NCBI RefSeq assembly: GCF_000150275.1
Contig: NW_002060951.1
Coordinates: 2,366,297-2,430,296 of the forward strand
Source: Trichoplax adhaerens
Lineage: Eukaryota; Animalia; Placozoa
Direction of reading: 5' to 3'
Length of the DNA: 64,000 nt
Under the pieces are notes generated by a model, which saw only the letters and a list, made by a program, of their open reading frames with translations, was not told the DNA's origin and made no database searches. The translations under genes and the position numbers were made by a program. This document shows positions 1-13,379 of the stretch, piece by piece. Each line of letters opens with the position of its first letter. Positions within the stretch are counted from its first letter, which is position 1.

Positions 1-89
1 CTGCTCTTAGTCTCTCACTAACACACGAATACATGGCCCACTAGAAAATCAGGATGAAAGAAGCACGTACAGTATTATTGTACACTTGC

Positions 90-185
90 CTTCACGAGAG
101 AGCAAACCAAACAAGCCCTTAGATTACGAACTTCTCTAGGAACACCATCCATTTGTTCTCGAGCATCTTTTAGTTGTTCGTCCAT
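90..185 (-). CDS. SUPT4H1: Transcription elongation factor Spt4, exon 1 only; gene runs off the left edge
   Basis: Minus strand reads MDEQLKDAREQMDGVPREVRNLRACLVCSLVK, matching the Spt4 N-terminus (human VPKDLRHLRACLLCSLVK). The exon ends at a GC donor (AAG|GCAAGT). A second in-frame ATG lies at 152. Confidence 0.88.
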
Positions 186-319
186 TGATAGGCGTAAAAC
201 TTTGAAAAATTTTGGCTAATAAAATTTGAAAGGTACAGCAGCAGATAAAAAGAAGCTCGGTTTAGTAGCAGCAATATCTGTAAAGTGAGTTAAATCAAAT
301 CTTTATAGTAGGGTCTCTA

Positions 320-470
320 CTGTACAGTTACAGTACACCGTACAATACAGTACAGGACTTTAATATAGTAAATGGTGACACTGTACAGTACTGTACTGTA
401 TACGGGTACAGTACGGGTATGTCCAGTACAGTACTATACACTGTACACGGTATGCTCAGTACTGTAGGAC
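320..470. repeat. TACAG/TACTG pentamer array in the divergent Spt4 / C19orf53 spacer
   Basis: Runs such as tactgtacagttacagtac, ctgtacagtactgtactgta and cagtacagtactatacactgtaca lie between two divergent ATGs (185 and 557). Confidence 0.85.
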
Positions 471-556
471 ACTGAAGACAGTAGCACAGCGGCAGCAGTG
501 CTACTGCCATCACAACTTGCAAGCACAAAAGGAGATTAGAAGACGAAATTACAAAA

Positions 557-1507
557 ATGCCACAAGGTCCTGTTAGGAAATTATCCAAAGCGAATAATAG
601 TAAAAAAGTCAAAAGATTAACTAAAACATCGATAAAAAGTGAGTTCTATCTAATCACAATTTGACGCTCTACTGCTTTCATTTTTTGACAGTGCTGTATA
701 GTAAATGCAAGGAGTAGTTTTACTATGGACTGAGGCGTATACCTGTATCTTTATGCCTATTTCACTCCGTATTTATTGATCATGGCTGTTTTTAGGGAAT
801 GCAAAGCAGCCTAGGAAGGGTACGAAAGTAACTGGTGCTGACAAATTAAGGAAGGTATATGAATTGAAAAATTGGGAGATAATATTCCTGAATGAAGCTA
901 GAAATCAATTAATTCTTAAAATTTCTGCATGATCAGTAAAGCTCGTATCCTTAATATGATACACGTCCTACATTATTGGATGCTTATTCAACAAATGTAC
1001 ATTACTGCAACAAGCTAATAATATAGTTATTGGGATGACTTGATAAGATTATTCCAATACTGCAAACTTGCCAATAATATGGCATAAAACTTGATGCACT
1101 GCAAGTGGATGCAGTTGTAATGTAAGAATACGCGTATTTTATAGTAACAACTGTAAGTGAGAACAGGTGATGCAGAATTTCTATACTGAAATTCTCTACT
1201 CAGTCCATTACAGTATATCAATTTATGTAAGAGATCAAATAAATTTAGTGTAATATATCGGATCCGAATACCAATTTACAAATACAGTACTTATTCACTT
1301 ATTCATTAAAATCAACTTACGTGTATCCTTCTAACTGCGTATGATCTTGCATTTCCATCAACACAGACTTTGCAAAAAAACATTAACAAAAGTATAGAGG
1401 AAGACGTTAGACAGCGAGCTTCAAAGTATGAAGTCAAACCTTTCTATATCATCCGTAACGATACCACCACGAAGGAAACATTAAAAAAGAAACCCGAAAG
1501 TAAATGA
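557..1507 (+). CDS. UPF0390 / Leydig cell tumor 10 kDa protein homolog (C19orf53-like), small basic protein
   Basis: Exons 557-638, 796-854 and 1367-1507 (GT-AG) join to MPQGPVRKLSKANNSKKVKRLTKTSIKRNAKQPRKGTKVTGADKLRKTLQKNINKSIEEDVRQRASKYEVKPF...ESK*. The MxQG start, PRKG and LxxxIxKxIExDVxxxAS features resemble C19orf53. Confidence 0.75.
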
Positions 1508-2324
1508 ATTGATCCTCCGAAAGAATATTGGGCAAAAATTTTTACTCAATATAGTACTAGATATTGCTTGCAATATTTAGTCTACTTGTGCGCATTCAAA
1601 CTAGCTTAAGTTTATCTTGGTATCCAATCGACGTACACCATACAGCAAAAGCATCATCAGTGCAAGATGCTGAATTATGAAATACTTCGACATACGTGTG
1701 TACTTATTTAAGGTATATTCTTTTAAAAGCCATAATGATTGCATTATGATGGTACCTGAATTTGTAAATTTCCGTGAGCTGTCTTAATAGGATGTTATGT
1801 TTACAATTTTGTAACAAAGCTAATATAATAAAATCTTTAGTCTTTAAACTGCAAGCCACATTGCCATGTCAGCAATGCACATAGTGTACAGTATGTTCGT
1901 ATGAGAACATCAATGACTTTTCTCGCGGATCACACGTACACATATACGTAAACGATGTATGGTAGTGATAATATTTTGAGTCAGTAGATCTATCCATTAG
2001 TATAGCTAACTAACTTCCACATTGATCATAAGTTCAAAAATGCCCTATACTGTATTGTATTGTTAAAATAATGACAACATTAATGTTGATTCCATTCTAG
2101 GCCGTAAATTATACTTTACAAGTTAAATTGCACAATATCTATGATATTTTATAGCATTTCTAACATTATAGGACGAGCGAATGATAAACCTGGATCTAAA
2201 TTGAAATACTCGTACAGTATACAGTATTATTCATCACCAAAACGTTACGGAGAAAATATGACAGACAGTGTATGAACTAGTGTAACTAATGTAACTGAAT
2301 CTGAATGATCACAAAGGAGTTTGA

Positions 2325-2535
2325 CAGTTTCAGTTCTTAATCAGAACAGTACAAGCTTATTGCTTATAGTGCTTATGGGCTAACAGTTAGTTTCACTAGT
2401 TAATTGAAACTGCACAAGCTTTATTGCTCACAGTATTTGTGAGCGATACGCATGAGTTTAGCCATCCAGTTAGTTTCAGTTATTAATCTGAATAGTACAA
2501 GTTATTGCTTACATTATTTGTGAGCTATACACTTG
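2325..2535 (+). repeat. Three imperfect tandem copies of a ~60-80 bp unit, each with a 7-bp hairpin
   Basis: The unit cagtt(agtt)tcagtt.ttaatc.gaa.agtacaagcttattGCTYAYA-N5-TRTGRGC occurs three times, with hairpins at 2362-2380, 2426-2444 and 2507-2525. Confidence 0.75.
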
Positions 2536-4589
2536 TTTTGCAGAATAAAAAAACTTTTACGTTAATTCAAATAGTTGAACTACCAAACTAATTATTCCTC
2601 CATTACTCAGTAAGGATAATCAGGACACAGTCAAGAATATAGTAACGGCTACTAGGGCCAAGATTAAACTTGTAACCAGTATAAACTTAGCTATCGAATG
2701 TTATGTGGTTTGTGTTGTATTTACTGTTACTAGTCAACTTTAGTGAATTGCTAGTGAACGAGTCAATATGTACTGTAATTACGGTATTAAGTTAATATCA
2801 TTGTTTTAAGCCCTGCAGCTACTGTGCTGTATGCAGTTTATCTGCACTAATTCCTAGACGTTACAGGTCTGTCATACATACAGCTGTAGCAATGATGACC
2901 ATACTGTACAGTACAGTACCGCTCTGGCAGTCTCCAAAGTCCAAATACCATACCGACAATATATTTTAAAAGTAGTGAAAAATAAGTTATTGATAAATAT
3001 TAAACGAAACTTCCGTCGCTGATTATATTCAGACCAGATATGTAACCTAAGATTAATAATTTATTGCATAACCACAAAATTAATATCATCACTGGTAGAT
3101 AATTACGTATGTTAATTTTGTTAATAATATTAATTTGATTGAAATTGACAATGGTTAAATAACAACCAGCCTAACTAGGAACTTAGTTTAAAATAGAGAC
3201 CTTGGATTAGTTTTTATTTTAACTAATCATCACTTCAACAGCTACAATATGTAAAAATAGATTTTTGAGAGAGATTCAATTTTACTTTAAAACGTGTAGG
3301 ATCGCAAATTGCCAACACTCGTCGATGCTGCATTGATGCATTAAAAAATATGTCCATAGAACAATGGATTTTCATTGTTTATCTTTAAGACCGGAAATTA
3401 ACACGACAGAAAGTAAAATTACAAAGATAATTGAGATATATCACAAAATTTTACAATCAAACCTCTTACAAAACCCTTTAAAAAAATAAGAAAATGTTTA
3501 AAGTTCTCGAATCTTTGAACATGTGCAAACTTATACTTCTTATAGCTGATAATCTTTGCTCTTGAGATAGTTGATAAATTAATTGGTAACCTATAAAATA
3601 TTATATTAACTTCGAAATCATCAATAGCGTCAAATACGCAGGTACTGTCAACTTAATCTAAAATCTCAGTCATTATTTAATTATATACTAACACTGAATA
3701 TACTCTATTTCTGTTGTGCTACGAATTCTCACTTCTTTATGGTATCGCGATTGGCATATCATAATATGCCCTAGCCATAGCTCACTAAAACTTTATACTC
3801 CAATATTATTAAACTGGTAAGCGAAGAGATACAACTGCTTTAGAGCCAGAAATTTGAGCAATCTCCTAGATTCTGCACTGTATGTGATTAATCTTCAACA
3901 GTCAGTTAAAATATGGGTTGTTATAATTATTATTCCTAAAATATTTTCATTCTTTATTAACAAAACTGATTACAGCTTGGTTGTAAATCATCAGTTATTA
4001 TAATTATAATCATAGGCCTGTTGCGATATCTGGTCAGTACAGTACTCTAGACAGACATTTTAATAATATTGTGCTGTTGGTGTTGGTACTGTACTTGTTT
4101 AGACGGGGTAACAATAATTCTGACACATTGAAATGTTGCAGTGAGCTCAGACAGACAATGAGCAAATGTAAATAAATATAATAAGCGACAGTCAAATAAT
4201 GTAAAGCAAAAGGTACAGTACAAATAAACAGCAGTACGCGAAGTATACAAAATACTTGCTTTTTGAAACATACTAGCTAAACATCCTGTCGCTTCGCCGA
4301 CAGAGATATAGGCAGCTAAATGATTATAATGCAAAATTGCAGTACCACGCAAAGTTCAAAGAAACATTTTATTACTGCTGAAATACAAATGCGAGACTGT
4401 ACTATACAGTATACAGTACTCACAGTATATATTCTAAATGCAGCACAGTTACTAACTATAATTAATATAATCCATCTAGTCCTATATTAAACCGTGAACA
4501 GGAGTAACTGTGACACTAACAAGAAATGAGAGACCATATCAGATCTAAAGAGACGGATAGCGCAAACTTTAAATTCCGATTCATTTTCT

Positions 4590-5005
4590 GTCACTGACCG
4601 TACATACTGTACAGTACAGTATGTACTAGCATACTGTACTGTACTGTACAGTACATTACAGCGTAAACATGGCTGAAACAACACCTTATTTTCTGTTTAC
4701 GGTACTGAATAAGGTGGTGATCCTTACTACTGTACTGTACTGTACACTGTACACTGTACAGTACAGTACTGTAAAAGAAAATTACTGCCTGTACTGTACT
4801 GTACAGTACTGTAGTCTACAATACTGTACAGTACAGTACTACATGGTTACAGTACTGTATACTGTAGAGGTTTTTTTCTTACCTCTAGGCTAGCCCATAA
4901 TGCAGTATACAGTACTGTACTGTACACTGTACAGTACACTAATTTTGAATACTGTACAGTACTGTACAGTACAGTACAGTACATTACACTGAGTTTAGTA
5001 CTGTA
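4590..5005. repeat. TACAG/TACTG pentamer array upstream of the Polycomb-like gene
   Basis: Dense tactgtactgtacagtacagta runs end ~250 bp before ATG 5257. Confidence 0.9.
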
Positions 5006-5256
5006 GAGCGAATGCGCATCGCATTTTATTCCTTATTTAACTCGACACTATCACTATTATCAGTGGTCCTGTCCATCAAGAACATTAAATATCAGTAAAA
5101 CAGTCATCAGACTCAGCATCAGCTATCAACTAATCGCTAATATCTATATTTTATCTAATTGTGAACATTATATCTCAAGAGCTTTACTAAAACAGGACGA
5201 AGACCTTTTAGCATCGCGCCATATTTCAGGTTTTGTTAACACCGTAGTAAGATGAT

Positions 5257-8200
5257 ATGAACCTCAACAAGAAATTTCCACATGCTATCAATGATGTTAT
5301 TATCGTCAAATGCCAGAACAATTACTATTATGCGAAAATAAAAAGCATCGACAAACGACGTCGCAAGTGTAAGGTCTTATTTGATGACAAGTCTACAGAT
5401 GATCTACCCTTTAGTGATATCTACAGCGGTAAGTTCTTCATTTAACTGCAATATTGCCTCATATTATATGTGCTCACTCACTTCATCGCCGACTCCAAAT
5501 AATTTGTTATAAAAGTTACCACTAAATCCAATGTTCTCAGAAATTGTGTCTCTTTTTACTCGAGAATATTTTGCAGCGTCGCATGTAGAAAGTACCTTAG
5601 CACTGTATTACATTTCAAATTGAGATTATTTTCTATTAATGGTGGATCATTATAAAGCATCTCTTGAATGGTGTGATATTGCTCTACTGTACTATTATGT
5701 GCAATATTTTCAATGTAATTCCATCGATTGGTGACATACAGTATTACTTTACGTTAGCAGTGAGTGGATACCAATAATTACAGTACTGTACAGCTGCAAG
5801 TCTAGTCTTTACTCTCTATTGTCTTTGTCATTTCTATCAGTATCTTTCGAGTTTACAATATATAATTAGACATACGCATTCTGTAATACCGTTAGTATCT
5901 CATTTTCCTTTTCTACTGTATGCTTTTCAACATGTAATGAATACCGAATAAGTGTGTATAATACTGGTAGAGTAACAGTAAATATAGGATATGTCGTTTT
6001 TACCAATGTTCATGAAACTACTTCGAATCAGACAATTAGACATTTATTTTATTTAATTTTACTATACAGATTGTGAGTACATAAAACCACCTTTGTAAAA
6101 AAGAGTGTCGTACGGTACTGCACGGCTCCATACTGATACTGTACAATCTTTTACAGTACTTCAGTGGACATGCTGCACAGTGCACAGGTATACTGTATAC
6201 TGTACTGTACGTTCAGTACAGTACAGGTCATCGATAGCCTTTGTGCTCGCATTGATTCAAAGAGAAAGAGTTGTTCAATGTTCACTGTACACACCGTACG
6301 TACTGTACGGTACTATACGGTTTTGTTCTGTAGATGTGTGGCTGTATTATAAGAGTAGATGCGTTATATGCATTACCTAGTATAACTACAGCCTTTAGCC
6401 TTGAGTGCAGCACATCTTTTTTGTCTTTGCACTATTGCTTGCTAAACAATAGACGTAAAATGCAGCGTGCTTGTAGACTTGGCTAATTTTATTTCTTTAT
6501 TTATTAAAAAGTAAAAAAAGTATATACCATAAATATATAATATATACCTGAAATTATTCTATGAAGTTGAAGATCTTAAAAGCGTTTGTGTGCTATCACA
6601 TTACTCAGCTTGGAAGAACTGCCAAGTTGATAACTTACAGTAGTGTAGAAAATACAGTACAGTACTGTACTGTACAGTATATTAATTGTGCAAAGTGTAC
6701 AGTACAGTACACCATACAGTACAGTACTGTGCACTGTACAGTACAGTATTCCTTCTCGGTTACTTCTGGACGACCGTCTACAGTACTGTACATTTTATTG
6801 ATATACTGTATTTTGGATTTTACTGTAACGTAAAGCTAGCTCATAGTGATAGTGTGAATTGTATCTGTTCCAGTATCAATCAGCACCGCTTAATAACAAA
6901 CTAACGTTAGTATCAGTAATAAAATAACGCATCACACACATCAACTTCTTTATCCTTGACTGCCGGAGTTGTGAGCTTGCGAGTGACTGATTCCATCATC
7001 CATTGTACTATTAGGAATAAATATTACTATTAACTGAATGCGATGTACAGTATTACAATGAATCCACTTAGCATCGGTGTTCATTCATTAAAGCTAGAAT
7101 TTTTAGAAGGGCAATTAACTCCAATTTTTGCCGTTACTTCTATAAATTTTTAATGTTGGGGCTGTTGTTGTTCGGATTTTCTATTTACTCAAGTTGGCGA
7201 TACCACTACGGAAATCGTCTGCATCGTTTGTAAGAGTGGCTCTTCTGAATCACCTAACGAGATTGTCTTATGTGATCGATGCAGTATTGGTAAGTAATAA
7301 TGATTAATTAAAATTTTAGTGCTATATTCTATTGAAGTCTTCATGCATGCAGCGCAAAAGAGTTTGAAATCATTACATGTTTAAACGTTTAATAAACAAG
7401 AAAGTATCAATTAATCCTATGGCAATCAATTTTAGCCTATTACAACGTCAATGTAAAAGTATTTACTGTTAGTGTAGTCAAAAATTTCATTAATCTTAAT
7501 TAATTAAGTAACAGTACTGGTGCTGATGGGAATACGTACATGCGCGTATATTATGGTATCACATTATAAAATTATACTGCATGATATCTTTTATAAGTTC
7601 TAGCGTAAGGTGGTATCAGAATTAGTACAGTACATTAGTTAGTTACCTGTTGCATACAGGTAATAATTTTTTTATTTACCATCAATACGTAAAGTCGTAG
7701 ACTTTGTTCTAATAAATAAAATCTAATAGATAAAAACATTAATTTAAATTTTTAAATACAGTATAGCTGAGTGATTGAGTTGTAGTGGATGATATGTCAC
7801 AGATGACATTACGACAATTTGGTCATTTTTTCTATTTAGGATATCATCAACAGTGCCATTCACCACAGATACCAGAATCGGTTTTGAAGCCGGACGTTCC
7901 GTGGTTATGCCATTATTGTCAGTCGAGTGAAATTTGCCCATATTTTGTAAAAAATCCTTTTACTGACGATAAAGGAGGAAATTTTAATAATAAGGTAACG
8001 TATCATATATGCATCGATGTTATATTCAATAATTAACCTCAAGATAACGCACATTACTGTAGGTAAATTAAAATTACAGTATAAGTACAAAATTATCCTA
8101 TATTTCACTTATAATTAGCGAGCGACGGGATTTATATGATATTTTTGTAACAATCAGAAAAAGCCAATAGATAAAAAGCTACGAAAGAATCCATTTCCAG

Positions 8201-11200
8201 ATCCTACTTTAACCTCACCTAAAGATGCTGTGATTGACCCGAAGAAAAGCGCTACTAAGAATACAAGAGTGTCCATACGAAAAACCATTAGTAAACGGAA
8301 GCGTAAGTGTATATAAATATTGTCTACTTGCTGCGTATGTATTTAAGGGCATATTGGTTATCGTACAGTATACAACTATATATAATAGTTAACGTTGTAT
8401 AAATGCACCGTATTAAATCAGGACTTCTTCGGAAATATAGTTCTTATCAATTTTTCTAAATTGTCTTTATTCGATTGGCAAACTCTGTATAGGAGATCTA
8501 GACACGGATGAATCTGAACAAGAGACTGCTGAAGATGAAGACGAAGAGGAAGATGGAGATGTTGATTATCAAGATACATTCCGAAAGAGAAGGCGAGCTG
8601 CAGTAGTAGCCAGGAAACGTGTCCAAAAATACATGAATGAAACTGGAGTCGCTAGCGATACTGATACTGAGAATGCAAATGCCAGCAAGAAAAACAACGA
8701 TGCCGATTTTAATATAAATTCTGTTAATACACACGGTAGTGTAGGGATAGGACTATTAACCGAGAATAGGATTTCAAGTAGTTTTCCTATGGCATCATCT
8801 GGCGGTTTTGGAACTTCTCCAAATCTTAGCTTAAATAATAACTATAGTATGAGCGGAGTACGAATTCAATCTCCTGTTATGATGCCTCAAATGAATAGCA
8901 TGATAAGCGATCATGCCATACATAATAATCCGAATCAAATATTTAATATGGCTAATGGCCTTATGAAATCGCCTCCTGTTCATTCACCAACTTTAGGAAC
9001 TTTAACCTCACCCATGGGTAATGATATGCAGACATCACCTACCTTTGTTAATGAAAGCTTTCAGTCATGCAGTAATGTAAACCAACCATCGTACTATCAG
9101 CCTCAGCCGCAAGCGATTAACAATATAGATTATCAATCACAGCCTTTATCTGGTTACAATTCATCTGCCCAAAATTTTACAAATCCATCGCATATGCAAC
9201 TATCACCTCAGATGACCCCACAGTACCCAAATCCTTCACACGTTTATTCTCAACATCATTCTCATCACGTGCCTTCAATGATTCATAGTCAAGACCCTCA
9301 TTATCAACATTTTCCTAACTTTCACAATATGCCATCACAAGAAGTAGCTCCGTATGGTGTCTCTCAGTATAATCAGTACCATTGGTTAGGTCATCCACAG
9401 CAGCCCCAGACAATACAGCACATGCCATCATCTCAGTATGCGGTGTCACCGATACAATCCGTAAGCGGCAGTCTTGGTATGACTGGACCTGCCAATCAGC
9501 AGTTCTCTATAGGACAGCCTGAACAAGCACCATCACAAAAATTGTCGCATAGTACTGACCACCAATTATCAACGAATAACCTACCTAATGTTACAAATTT
9601 TAATGCAAGCAATTCTTTTGCAATTTGCAATGAAACAAAAGATAACATAGATAAATTGAACACTAAGGAAGTACTGTCAATATCAACTGAAGCCAGTATT
9701 TTAGACGTTGCCACCAAGACGCCGACTATACGAGGTCAAAGTAAGAAATCAGATACTGATAGTAGTATTGAAAAGGAAACAGTTACCAAGGTTACTACAG
9801 GAGAACAGTTTGAAACAGCCGAAACTTTAAAATCTCAAGTTAAAGCATATGATATCCCAAAAAATAAACAGAATGATAACCATAACTCAGTTGAATTTCA
9901 CCATCTACAAGAATCAAATTCAGTGAGATATAGAGAAGAACGCGATAAAGATGTATCACACTTAAATACCGAAATATTTCAGAAGCAGACATCTGGGAAC
10001 TTATCTAACGCTACTGAAGGTATTTAAATGGGAGTATTTTTATTGTATTTCTGATGTAGTTTTCACTGGATAATTTACACTTATATTGGTTTGGTGTTTA
10101 GCAAAATCCATTAAGAATTTCTTTTTCTAAATTGGATTATAATCTTAAAGGTAATAGAAACTCTGTCATTAAGGAATCATCGGACAACCCTATTAGCAAT
10201 CCGAATCAGACTGACAAAACGTCGGTAAGAAATCTTGCGTTGATAAATTATTCGGCTTCGAACATTAGAACACAACCTGGCCTTCCGATATGGCATTGAT
10301 ATCTTAGCTTATTAAAACTACCTATAATTTATTCATCTGTGTTTGTGAATAAACTTACTAGCTTCGTTAATTAAGATGCATTTAAGACTCGTAAACATAA
10401 ATAAATTTTTGCAGTTCTATTGCTGTAATATGATTTCTTAGTTCATAGAAAATAGAAGGATTCTTCATCTACATAAAGACCTTTCATCATAAAATCTAAA
10501 CTAGACTGATCAAAGCTGATAAAGTATCCTTTTTACATCTCATGTAATTGCAGATTAATCTGGAAGAAAATCAAATATGTCCGAAAACCAAAGTGAAGAA
10601 AGATGGGAAAGACGATTCATTTAAGTCCGATGATGGCATTAGTAAGAACGAAAAATCTAAAAACGAAAGCAATGCCGATGAAATTAAATCTAAAATAGAA
10701 GCGGACGCTTCCTCTAAAAGAAATAAAATGAACGACACAGCAAATTCTAGTGATAAGTCAGCAACAAATGAACCTAATCAACAAATTTGTGATTCCACGA
10801 AAGATTCTAAAGATGGCTTAAAGCATGCCAAAGAACAGCGAAACCTGGAAGAAGTAGATAATAAGTCAAACAATTACGATAAGGATATTCATAGAGGTAA
10901 TAGCAGAAAATTTTTATAAAGCTTATAAGATGTATGGTATAATACTTGTAAAAGGTGTAGATATACACGTAGATGTTATACGTTGGTAGATACGAAATAA
11001 TAACCTATTATACTAGTACTATCAATACTTAATTTAAAAATCTGGCAAAGTGAAATTCAGAAGGAGTAGGTAGTGCGGCCTTAATATATGAAAATACGGA
11101 TAGTACGTATTATTTTTTGAAATATCTGATAGGTGTAAGACATACTGTAAATATGGTTAGTGTGGTACATTAATAACAGGTCGTATATTGACAGATCCTG

Positions 11201-11764
11201 AAACTAATGCTCGTGGTGCATTGGATAACATAAAGTCTACTCCTTGTAGTGGTGACACTGTACGACCCCTTAATGTAGATGTAGAGCCCCATCGTATGTG
11301 TGATAATTGTAATCAACCCGCCTTCTTTCTCTGTTCCGGCTGTAAAACCACATGGTATTGCAGTCAACGGTGCCAGGCGAGTAAATTCAATAATTCTTTC
11401 GCAAATCATCTAGCCTAAGCGCAAGTTAAATTCTTGAATCTATTGTATGTTAGCGCACATGTGTAATTAACTTTACGTACGCATCAGCATTTCTCTACTA
11501 CCTGGTAATGCTTTATAGTAGCTATAATAATGCTTATGAGGTAATATTATGCCTTCTTTTAGCATAAAATACATGAAGTAAAAATATCTTATTTTTCCGA
11601 TCATATTTCTACGTTTTTCTTAATTACTAAGATTCAGTCTATAAATATCTATTACAATAGTCTTACAGTCGATTTCCTGATAGATTCTTTTTATATTATT
11701 TTAGGAGAAAGTATGGAATGACCATCACTTAAAATGTAAGAGAATACCGTGGCATTTGACATAG
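5257..11764 (+). CDS. Polycomb-like (PCL/MTF2/PHF1/PHF19-related) Tudor + PHD protein with a long low-complexity middle and a C-terminal MYND zinc finger
   Basis: Exons 5257-5428, 7194-7289, 7840-7994, 8158-8302, 8493-10019, 10151-10224, 10554-10896, 11180-11376 (GC donor) and 11705-11764 join in frame. Tudor: DVIIVKCQNNYYYAKIKSIDKRRRKCKVLFDDKSTDDLPFSDI. PHD: CIVCKSGSSESPNEIVLCDRCSIGYHQQCHSPQIPESVLKPDVPWLCHYC (compare MTF2 [34 protein letters not shown]...WLCRQC). MYND: CDNCNQPAFFLCSGCKTTWYCSQRCQEKVWNDHHLKC. Confidence 0.85.
6110..6790. repeat. TACAG/TACTG arrays in the intron after the first coding exon of the Polycomb-like gene
   Basis: Two clusters, at ~6110-6320 and ~6650-6790. Confidence 0.8.
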
Positions 11765-13379
11765 TTCATATGTTCTCCATATCGACATGGTTAAACAATA
11801 ATTGCGAACCTCTGAAATATATTCGTTGACTTCGATAGAAATAATGTATTTCCTTATTATACTGTATTTATTTTAAGTGTTAAGCTGTATTATTATTATT
11901 TATATTACAGTACGGCTAAAACGTCGGTGCTTCACCTTGTAATAAATAAATTGTGGCACTCGTAGAAGTAATGTAATACCACAAATGAATGTAAGAATTT
12001 TTTATTACAGTCAGCTACTTCTAGTTATGACTAAGACAACTGTATCGTAACTTGATTAACTACGGCTATAATCTCATTTATATTCTGTTACCAGTCCTCT
12101 AGAACGGTTTAAAGATAATGATTCTTGAATCGATCTATTGACAGCAATTTCTTATATATTGGCGATTGTTATTGTTAGTTGCGATTACAATCTGCACCAA
12201 TGCGTATATAATGTAAATGTATTGTAATCCCTTGGTATACGTCATTGTTTTATGGGACGGGACTCTCTTAGATATATTCTTCGCAGTCAATAATATAAGT
12301 GGAATATCCACTTACACGTATGATGTTAGGGTTAACATTTTAAAAGTATACTGTTAACAGGACTTGAGAATTAGAATATGATCATTTGGACACGAGTAAT
12401 ATCCAAACTATTCAGTACTAACATGGTCGTTATTTATTCTTGATCAAATCAAATGGCCGCTCTTTGACAAATGATTACATCACTAATTTTTTACATTTTA
12501 TGCATTTTCACTGGTAACTATGAATATAGGGTCTATAAATTTCTTCCGTATCTCGTATAAAATTTCGTACATTTTTTCTTTTAATTTGCACAGAACTACG
12601 GAAGTACTCTGCAACGAATAGCTGTTGATTTATACTGTACTGTACGTATTATCATTTAGTATATTTGCTTAATTAATAACAGTTAAAAGTTATTATAGTT
12701 AATGATATTATTAGCTTGTAAATGTATATGATGCCAGATAGCTCAGTTACTGACAATCATTAATTTTAATTATTGACTCGTACCTAGAATTACTTTTGAA
12801 ATCGTATAATTCCTTTAAATCTGTTCAGTTTATTATACTGTAACTGATGTGATTACTTCGAATATTAACACTAAGTTGTGTTTGGTCTAAGATAATGCCG
12901 ATGTCTTGTTACTATCCAGACCAATTATGTTCATAAATAAATGAATAATTTATAAGTATGGCTTACAGACAGTAGTTATTTTATATTATATACGAGAAAA
13001 TAACGATTACAATTGAATGTATCATTGACATTAATACAAACATTCGTCTAATAAATAATACGGTAACTACATGTTAAATGATATGTAATCGTTCACGTTG
13101 GCTGTGATATTGAAAACCTAGGTTCGATTTTGTAGTAATTAAAAACTTAAAAACATTTTCTAACAAGACGATCCACTCTATAGTAATACTAGTATACAGT
13201 ATAGAGTAGGTCATGTGTAAAATTTATCAATCGGTGCACTGCTAGTAGAAATGTAGTACCGTTGATAATGCCATCCTATCCTCGTTGCCTTATTAACTAC
13301 TAGTTACTGTAGATCCCTCGCTCGTGTACTCCTGAGCTTGAGCACGAAACTACGAGTACCGTTATATTCGTTGTTACCA

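Noticed and set aside
2325-2535. Possible CRISPR array or iron-responsive elements
   Set aside because: The context is eukaryotic, with no unique spacers or cas genes. The loops do not give the CAGUGN plus bulged-C IRE geometry.
3230-3470. Minus-strand GPCR TM3-like fragment (CKIL*YISIIFVILLSVV ... SID/VLAICDPTRFK)
   Set aside because: It requires a frameshift and several stops, and is too short to support without a profile search.
8498-9717. Minus-strand ORFs 8498-8734 and 9496-9717
   Set aside because: They are antisense to the large exon of the Polycomb-like gene.
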